In this document: piece after piece, positions 10,396 through 19,300 of the stretch
Position numbering within the stretch: the stretch's first letter is position 1
Layout: every line of letters starts with the position of its first letter
Assembly (NCBI GenBank): GCA_963841435.1
Contig: CAWJCS010000006.1
Location: 928,001-992,000, forward strand
Direction: 5' to 3'
DNA: 64,000 bases
Source of the DNA: an uncultured delta proteobacterium
GTDB lineage: Bacteria > Myxococcota_A > Polyangia > Polyangiales > Polyangiaceae
The notes under the pieces: model-generated
What the model was told of the DNA's origin: nothing
Database searches by the model: none
The model's input: the letters and a program-made list of their open reading frames with translations, nothing else
Translations under genes and position numbers: made by a program

Positions 10396-13300
10396 ATGGA
10401 TCTAGAGCAGCGTCTGAAGCAGCTGACGAGCTACCACGACTGGCAAGGCGTGGTGGAGGCGCTCGAGCAGGGTGTCGCCGCAGCATCCGACTCCGGCACG
10501 AAAGCGGATCTGCACCTTCGCCTCGGTCGCGTCCTGCGCGTGCGGTTTCTCCAAGGTGTGCGCGCGCTCAAGCACTTTCAGGACGCGTACAAGCTGAATC
10601 CCGCGCTGCTCGAAGCGCTCGCGGAGGCCCGCGGGATCTACTGGGATCTCGGCAAGCTCAACATGGTTCAGAAGCTGCTCGAGCTGCAGCTGAAGGGGAC
10701 ACCGGACGGTCCCGTCCGCGCCGCGTTGCAGCGCGAGCTCGGCGACGTGCTGTGCGACCTCGGCGAGTACGACCGGGCGGCTGAGGCGTACGCCAAGGCG
10801 CTGCAGGCAACGAGTGGTGATCCCGGTGACCTGCCGGAGGTCCTGCAAGACGTGCAGGTCGGCGAACGCGAGTGGCAAGATCGCGTCTCGGGGATCTTGA
10901 GCGCGGCTCATGGTTCGAGCGATGCGGCCGAGAAGGCGACGCTGTTCATGCGCGCCTCGCGCCTGGCACGCCGCTTCGCCCCGACCGAGGTCGAGGGGAT
11001 GCTGGCTCAGGCTTACACGGCCAATCCAGCCGACGTGCGCGCCGCGGCAATCTTCGAGGGGTTCCTGACCGAGCAGCAGCGCACCGGCGCGATCCTGGAT
11101 ACGCAAAAAGCCGCCCTCGAAGCGACCAGCGACGAGCAGGAGCGTGCTGCCGCGGCGTATCTCTTCGGCTCGCGCTGGGCCTTGCGTCACCAGAACCTCG
11201 AGGTCGGTGCGGAGCTGGTCGAGAGCTCACTTCGCCTCGACCCGACGCGCGAGGAAGGCTTCACCTTCTTGCGTGACGTGTATGGTGCACGCGGTGGCGA
11301 TTGGGATCGCGTGATCTCGCTCGCGGACGAGCTCGCCGACAGGTCCAATCACGGCACGAACGTGGCGCACCTGCTCGCGCAGGCGGGCCTCATCGCCTGG
11401 AAAGAGCGAGGCGACCTCAACAAGGCGCGGCGCCTATTCGAAAGGCTCGCCGTCGTGGACGGCAAGCAGCCGGCACTGCAGGCGTTCGAAGCGCAGATCG
11501 GCGAATCGCTGCGCGGCGACAAGCCGGCCGAGCCCGCCACCAAGTCGCGCCGCTCCAAGCGCCCACCGAAGGGCGAGGCAAAGAGTGATCCCCAGCCCGA
11601 GGCCGCTTCGGCGCCGGCGGCGGCGGCCGAGCCCGCGCCAGAGGAACCCGTGGAGGCCGCAGCGGCGCCCCCTGACAGGCCGCCGGCCGCCTCGGCGACG
11701 ACTCCTCCCGAGCCGGAGCCTGAGCCCGACGCGCCGAGCCAAGACGACGCCGTGGTCACGGACCTGCGCGCCAAGCTCGCTCAACAGTCGGCCGCCAAGC
11801 GGCACCACGAGTACGTCAAGACCCTGATTGCGCTCGGTGACGCGCTCGCCGATCCGGTGGAGCGCGTCGAGAGCTACCTCGCCGCGGCGGACCTTTATGC
11901 CACCAAGTTCGCGAACCAGGCCGAGGCGGCGCGCGCTTACGAGAAAGTACTCGAAATCGAGCCGACGCAGGAGCAGGCAATCAGCTACCTGCGCGAGGCA
12001 TACGAGAAGCGCCGCGATTGGGAGAAGCTCATTGCGCTGATGGTGCGCGAGGCCGAGACGCTCACCGAGGGCGCGGAGCGCGCGGCCAAGTTCAAGGAGG
12101 TCGCGCTGCTCGCGACCGACAAGGTCAAGAAGCCCGAGGTGTGCATCGACCTCTGGGCGGTGGTGCTGGCCAACGACGCCGAGGACGCAGACGCGCTCAA
12201 CTCGCTCGCGGGCCTCTACGAGCGCGCGCGGGACTACGAAAAGCTCGCCGACGTGCTCACGACGCTCGCGGAGCTCACCTACGACACTGCCCAGAAAGTC
12301 GACGTTTTGAATCGGCTCGGGCAGGTCACGGGCGACCGTCTCAAGGACGACGAACGCGCCGTGGAGGCGTACCGGACGCTGCTCACGTTGCAGCCGGATG
12401 ACCGCCGCGCGCAGGAGCAGCTCAAGAAGCGTTACGTCACGCTCGGACGCTGGGACGACCTCGAGGTTTTCTACGCCGAGAGTGGCAAGTGGGACGAGTT
12501 CATCCGCGTGCTCGAAAGCAACGAGACGCGCGCGACGGACGAAGCTCAGCGCATCAGCATGCTGATGAAGATCGCCGAGCTGTGGTTGACCCAGAAGGGG
12601 AAGATGGATCGTGCCGCTCGTTCCTACGAGAAGGTGCTGAGCCTGGATGCCACGAATCTCGCGGCGGCCGAGCGTCTGATCCCGCTCTACCAGAACGCCA
12701 ACAATCCGAAGGGCCTGAGTCAGGCCATCGAGGTCAAGCTCGGTCACGTTGGAGACGGCGAGGAGCGGCTCGCGCTCCTTCGCGAGGCGGCGACCCTCTA
12801 CGAGACGCGGCTCAACGACAAGGCGAAGGCCTTCGAACGCTACCTCAGCGCGTTTTCGCTCGCGCCTGCCGACCCGCAGAGCCAGGCCGACATGGAACGC
12901 GCCGCCAAGGCCTCCGGCGGCTGGGAAGCGGTGATCGAAGCCTACCGGGCCGCCATCGCGGGCGCCGCCGGCGCACCCGTCGAGAGCGAGCTGAGGCTTC
13001 GGCTCGGTCGTGCGCTCGTCGAAGAGGTTGCTCGGGTCGACGAGGCGCTCGAGGAGTATCGAGCCGTCTACGAGTCCGACCCGGAAAACGAGACGGCGCT
13101 CAGCGCGCTCGAGGGTCTCTATCGACACAGCGAGCGCTGGCGTGACTTGCTCGAGGTCTACGGCAAGAAGCGGGATCTCGCGCGCGACGCCGCCGAGCGC
13201 AAGCGCATCCTCTACGAGATCGCCGGCATCCACGAGCAGCAGCTCGGGGATCTCGAATCGGCGATCGAGACGCACCAGGCCGTCCTCGAAGACGACCCCG

Positions 13301-16300
13301 CCGACGAGGGATCGCTCGCGGCGCTCGACGCGCTCTATCTAAGCGCGAAAAACTGGAGCCAGTACGTTGACGTCCTGAGAAAGCGGATCGACCTGTCCGC
13401 GGACGACCGCTTGCTCATCGACCTCAAACACCGACTCGCCGGAGCTCTGCACGATCACCTCCACGATCCGTCGGGTGCGCTCGAAAACTACCGAGAAATC
13501 CTGTTTTTGGACGCGGATCACGAGGGTGCACGTCTCGCGCTCGAGGCGATGCTCGCCGAGAAGCCCTTGCGTGCCGAGGCTGCCGCCATCCTCGAGGCCA
13601 TCTACGAGGCGCGGGCAGACTGGGACAAGCTGATCGGCGTCCTGGAGATCCTGGCCAAGGAGAGCGACGACCTCGACCGGCGCGTCATGCTGCTTCGCAA
13701 GATTGGCGCCACGGCGGCGACGCAGCTCGGTCGTTCGGATCGAGCCATTGAGGCGCTGGCGCAAGCGGTGCAGGCCGATCCGGCCAACATGGACTCGCGC
13801 GGCGAGCTCGAAGTGCTCGCACAACACGCGGGTGCCTGGGACAGGCTGATCGAGATCTACGCTGCCGTCGCGTCCGAGCTCAGCGACGCCGCGCTGGCGC
13901 GTGACTACTGGCTCCGGCTGGCCTCCATTCAGGAGCAGCTCGAAAAGGTGGTCGACGCCGCGCGCAGCTACGAGCGCGTGCTTTCGCTCGCTCCGGGCGA
14001 TCCGGAGGCGCTGCAGGCGATCGACGCGCTCTACCGGCGCACGGAGCGCTGGGAAGATCTCGTGGGCGTGTTCCGGCGGCGCATCGAGCTCGTCGAGGAC
14101 GCCGGCGAGCGCGAGGCGCTCTACGGCCAAATGGCGCAGGTCTACGAGGACAAGCTCGGCAAGCCCGACGAAGCCATCCAGGCCTACCGTGAGGTGCTGG
14201 CGCTCGATCCGACGAGCCGCGTCGCGCTCGACGCGCTCGACGGCCTGTTCACGCGCCGGTCGAGCTGGGCGGAGCTCGCCGAAAACCTGGAAGTGCAACT
14301 CGGCCTCGCCGAGTCCGACGACGCACAGCTCCGGCTCATGCTGCGCCTCGCCGCGCTCCGGGAACGGGAGATGGGCGATGTCGAGTCCGCCGTCGAGGGC
14401 TACCGCGCCGTCCTCGACCGCGATCCGACGAACGCCGAGGCACTCGGCGCTCTCGAGCGGCTTGCAGGGCAGGAAGCGTACGCGCTCACGATCGCGGAGA
14501 TCCTCGAGCCGCTCTACCGCTCCCACGGCGACCACCAGAAGCTCATCCGCGTTCACGAAGTCCAGGTCCTGCAGACCGAAGACCCGCAGCGCAGGGTGGA
14601 GCTCTTGCACCAGATCGCTGCTCTGCAGGAGGACGCCGGGGGCGATCCCGCTGCGGCCTTCGAGACGATGGCACGTGCCCTCGCCGTCGAGCCGGCGCAC
14701 GCCGATACCCAGCAGGCGCTCGAGCGCCTGGCGCGGGTGACGGGCCGGCTGCTCGACCTCGCGCGCGTGTACGAAGAGCTCGCGGGCAAGCAGGCGGACC
14801 CCGAGCTTGGCAGCCAGCTGTACGCCGCCGCAGCACGAATCTTCGACGAGGACGTGCCCAACGTCGACCGCTCGATCGAGCTCTACCAGCACGTGCTGTC
14901 GATCGACCCCACGAACCTGCAAGCGGCCGAAGCGCTGCAGGCGTTGTTCCAGGGCGCGGAGCGCTACGCCGACATGTCGGTCATCCTGCAGCGCAAGGCG
15001 GGGATGCTCGAAGACGTCGAGGCGCAGAAGGACGCCCTGTACCAGGCCGCTCTTCTCGAGGAAGAGGTGCTGGATCGTTCGCGCGAGGCGATAGCCGTCT
15101 ACCTCAAGGTGCTCGACAGCGACGCGGAGGACATCCGCAGTATCGACGCGCTCATCAAGCTCTACCTTTCGCTCTCCGCCTGGGAGGAGCTGCTCGGCGT
15201 CTACACGAAGAAGGTCGACCTGTTGTTCGACCCCGGCGAAAAGAAGCTCATCCTGTACCAGGTGGGCGCGGTGTTCGAGCGCGAGCTCACCGACGTGCGG
15301 CGCGCCATCGACACCTACCAGCGTGTGCTCGAACTGGACCCCGACGATCTCACGGCCCTGAGCCGGCTCGACGTCCTCTACCAGTCGGCAGAGAACTGGA
15401 ACGAGCTGCTCGGTGTGCTCACGCACGAGGCCGAGCTCACGCAGGATCCGATCGAGGCGGTGAGCTACCAGTACCGCATCGCGGAGCTCTACGAGCGCCA
15501 CCTGAACGACGTCGAACGCGCCGTCGAGCTCTATCGTGAAACCCTGAACATCTTGCCCGATCATGCCCCGACGCTCGCGGCGCTCGAGGGCATCAAGGAC
15601 GGCACGCGCGCGCCGCTCGCGGCCGCATCGGTGCTCGAGCCCGTCTACGAGTCGATCGGCGAGTGGGGCAAGCTCATCAGCGTCCTCGAGGTACAGCAGC
15701 GGGCGACGGACGATCCGTTCGTGCGCGTCGAGCTCCTGCATCGCATCGCGCGGCTCTACGAGGAAAGCCTCGTCGATCCGGTGCATGCGTTCGAGACCTA
15801 CGCGCGCGCCGTCGGGGTCGACAGCCAGAACGAGGACTCTTTGGGCGCGCTCGAGCGGCTCGCCATGCTGATCGAGCGCTGGCCCGCCGTCGCGGCTCTC
15901 TACGACGCCGAGCTCGAGAAGCTCGGCGGCGATCCGACGCTCTTCGTGGACCTCGGTTTGCGCGTGGCGCAGGTGTACGAGGTACAGCTCGAGAACGTCG
16001 ACGCGGCCGTTTCGCGGTATCGCAAGGTGCTCGAGCTCGATCCGGAAAATCAGAGCGCCGTGCGCTCATTGGACAGGCTCTTCACACAGACCGAGCGCTG
16101 GGCGGATCTCGCCGAAATCCTCAAGACCGAAGCGGAGGTTGGGCAGAGCCCCGACGAGATCCTCGAGTTCAAGCACCGGCTCGGTCAGATCTACCAGACC
16201 CGACTCGGCGATCTCGATGGCGCCATCGACGCGTACCGGGAGGTGATCAACGCAGCGCCCGAGCACGACGACACCGTGCGAGCGCTCGAAGCGCTTTTCG

Positions 16301-19300
16301 AGAGCGGCGTCAAGCGCCTCGAGATCGGCCGCATCCTCGAGCCGCTCTATCAGGCGAGCTCCGAGTGGGAAAAGCTCATCCGCGTGCGCGAGGCGGAGCT
16401 TGCGCACACGACGGACCCGGAGGAGCGCATCGGCCTCTATCACAAGATCGCCGAGGACGCGGAAGAGCGTCTGCTCGATCCCGTGCTGGCGTTCAACGTG
16501 CACGTGCGGGCCGTCAGGGAAGCGCCGCTCGACGAGCGGACTGGCGTGGAGATCGAACGCCTCGCCAGCATGCTGGACGGCGGTTGGGAGCCGCTCGCCA
16601 ACGCTTATGCCGACGTGTTGGGCATCGAAGCGCTCGACGCCGCGACGCAGGCCGTCGTCGGCAAGCGCCTGGCGCGCGTGTTCGAGGAAGAGCTGGCTGA
16701 CGTCGCGAAGGCCGAGGAGACCTATCGATACGTTCTCACGATCTCGCCTCAGGAGAGCGAGGCGCTCGGCCATCTCGACCGCATTTACAGCTCGCTCGAG
16801 CAGTGGCCCGAGCTTGCCGGCGTGCTCGAGCAGCGTGCGCTCGTGGCAGACGACACGCTCGAAAAGGTCGAGCTCTACACGCGCCTCGGCCAGGTTTACG
16901 AGGAGCACCTCGGTCAGGTCACCGACGCGGTGCGTGCCTACCGGCGCATCTTCGACGAGCTGGAGCCGGCGAACGCGTTCGCCATCGAGGCACTGTCGCG
17001 CATCTACGTTCAGACGGAGAACTGGCAGGAGCTACAGAAGGTCTACGAGCGAGAGCTCGACAACGCGGCCGGCGACGTCCAGGAAGCGGAGATCCGCGCG
17101 CGGATGGCGCATCTCGCCGCGGAACGGCTCAGCAGCGTCGACACCGCGATCGAGGGGTGGAAGCGCGTCCTCGACCTCCGCGGGGAGGATCCGGAGGCGC
17201 TGGGCGCCCTTGCCGGGCTCTACGAGCAGCAGGGTCAGTGGGCGGAGCTCACCGACGTGCTCGAGCGACATTTCGACATCGCGGAGACCGACGAGGACCG
17301 CGTGCAGGTGCTCGTGCGCCGCGCTCGGCTGTTCGCCGAGCAGCTGAATCGGGACGGCGAGGCCCTCGAGACCTGGCAGCGCGTGCTCGACATCGATTTT
17401 TCCAACGTGGCCGCGCTGCGCGCCGTCGCGAACGTCTGGCGCACGAGGCAAGATCCGAACGAGCTCGTGGCGGCCCTGCACGCGACCATCGATCGCGCCG
17501 CCGCCCTGTTGGAGCCGGAGGAGCTGCGCGAGGTGTACCGCGAGCTCGGGCGAACCTACGGAGGCGTCCTCGAGCAGCCGTTCGAGGCGGCTGAGGCGTG
17601 GCGCCATCTGCTCGACGTCGATGCGGGCGACTTCGAGGCGATGGCGGAGCTCGAGAAGATCTACCGCATGGATCAGCGCTGGCCCGACGTCGTGAACGTC
17701 AAGATGCAGCGCGCCGACGCGCTCGCCGAGCCCGCCGAGAAGATCCGCGAGCTGCTCGAGGTCGGTGAGATCTGGAAGACCGAGGTTCACGACGACGATC
17801 AGGCGACACCGGCGTTCGAGAAGATCCTGTCGGTGGATCCCGGACACACGGACGCGTTCGAAGCGCTCGAGCGCCTGCACAACGCCGCCGAGCGCTGGGA
17901 ACCGCTCATCGAGCTTTACCTGGGTCGCCTCGACAGTCGCGAGACGGTCGAAGAAAAGAGCGACCTCTTGCGTCGCATCGCGCATGTCTTCGAAGAGAAG
18001 CTCTCGGACAAGAACCAGGCCTTCGACGCGCTCGTCAACGCCTTCAGCGAGGACTTCTCGGATGACGAGACGGCGCGCTTCCTCGAGCGCACGGCGCAGG
18101 CGACGGGCCGCTGGAGCGAGCTCATCAACAGCGCCAACGCCTGGCTGCAGGAGCAGGAGGACGGCAAGAAGCGCATCCAGCTCTGCCTTCGCCTTGGCAA
18201 GTGGTACGGCGAGGATCTCGGCCACCCCGAATACGCACAGCCCTACTACCAGCAGATCATGTCGCTGGACCCGAACAACGTTCAGGTCCTGCGGCAGATG
18301 GCCGCGATCCACCGCCTGGGGGCGCAGTGGCAGCGTGTGGGCGAGACGCTCCAGCGCGCGCTCGACGTTGCCGTCGCCAACGATGACCGCAAGATTATCC
18401 TCGTCGATCTCGGCGAGCTGCTCGAAAAGAACATGGGGCAGTCCGACCAGGGGATCGCGTACTACAAGCGCGCTCTCGAGGTCGATTCCCTCTACCTCCC
18501 GGCGCTCACGGCGCTCGAACGGATCTACGACGAGCGCGAGAGCCATTCGGAGCTCGTGCAGATCCTCGCGAGCAAGGTGCAGGCGCTCAGCGACGGGGAG
18601 CAGATCGCGGCCACGAAGCTTCGCATGGCCGGGCTCTACGAGCAGACGCTCAACGAGTTCGAGCGCGCCGGCAAGGTGTACCGTGAGGTGCTCGAGGTCG
18701 ATTCGGGCAACCTCGTCGCACTGCGCGGGCTCGAGCGCGTCAGCGAGCGGCTTCAGGATTGGCCCGAGCTCGTCGGCATCCTCGAGCGCCAGCTCGAGGT
18801 GGTCGAGACCGAACGCGAGCGCGTCGAGGTTCTGCTCAAGCTCGCGCAAATCCAGGAGGAGCACTTCCTCAAGTTCGACCTCGCGGCGCAGCGGCTAGAG
18901 CAGGCCCTCGAGATCTCACCGGCCGAGGAGCGGGCCTACGTCGCGCTCGCGCGCTGCTATCGCCGCCTCAAGCAATGGCTCGATCTCATCAACGCCTACG
19001 AGCGGCACATCAGCGAGGCCGCCAGCGTCGCCACGAAGATCGAGATTTACGCTGCCATCGCGCAGGTCTTCAGCGACGAGGTGGGCGACGTTGACCGCGC
19101 CATCGACGCCTATCGGAGCATCGTCGATCTCGACGAGTCCAACGTCGCGGCGCTCGATGCGTTGAGCAAGCTGTACGAGAAGCAGGGCGACGCAGCGCAG
19201 GCCATCGACGCCATGACGCGCGTCGCGGACCTCACGACGGACGGCTCGCAGCGCGTCGATATGTACTTCCGCATCGGCAAAGCGCTCGACGAGAAGCTCG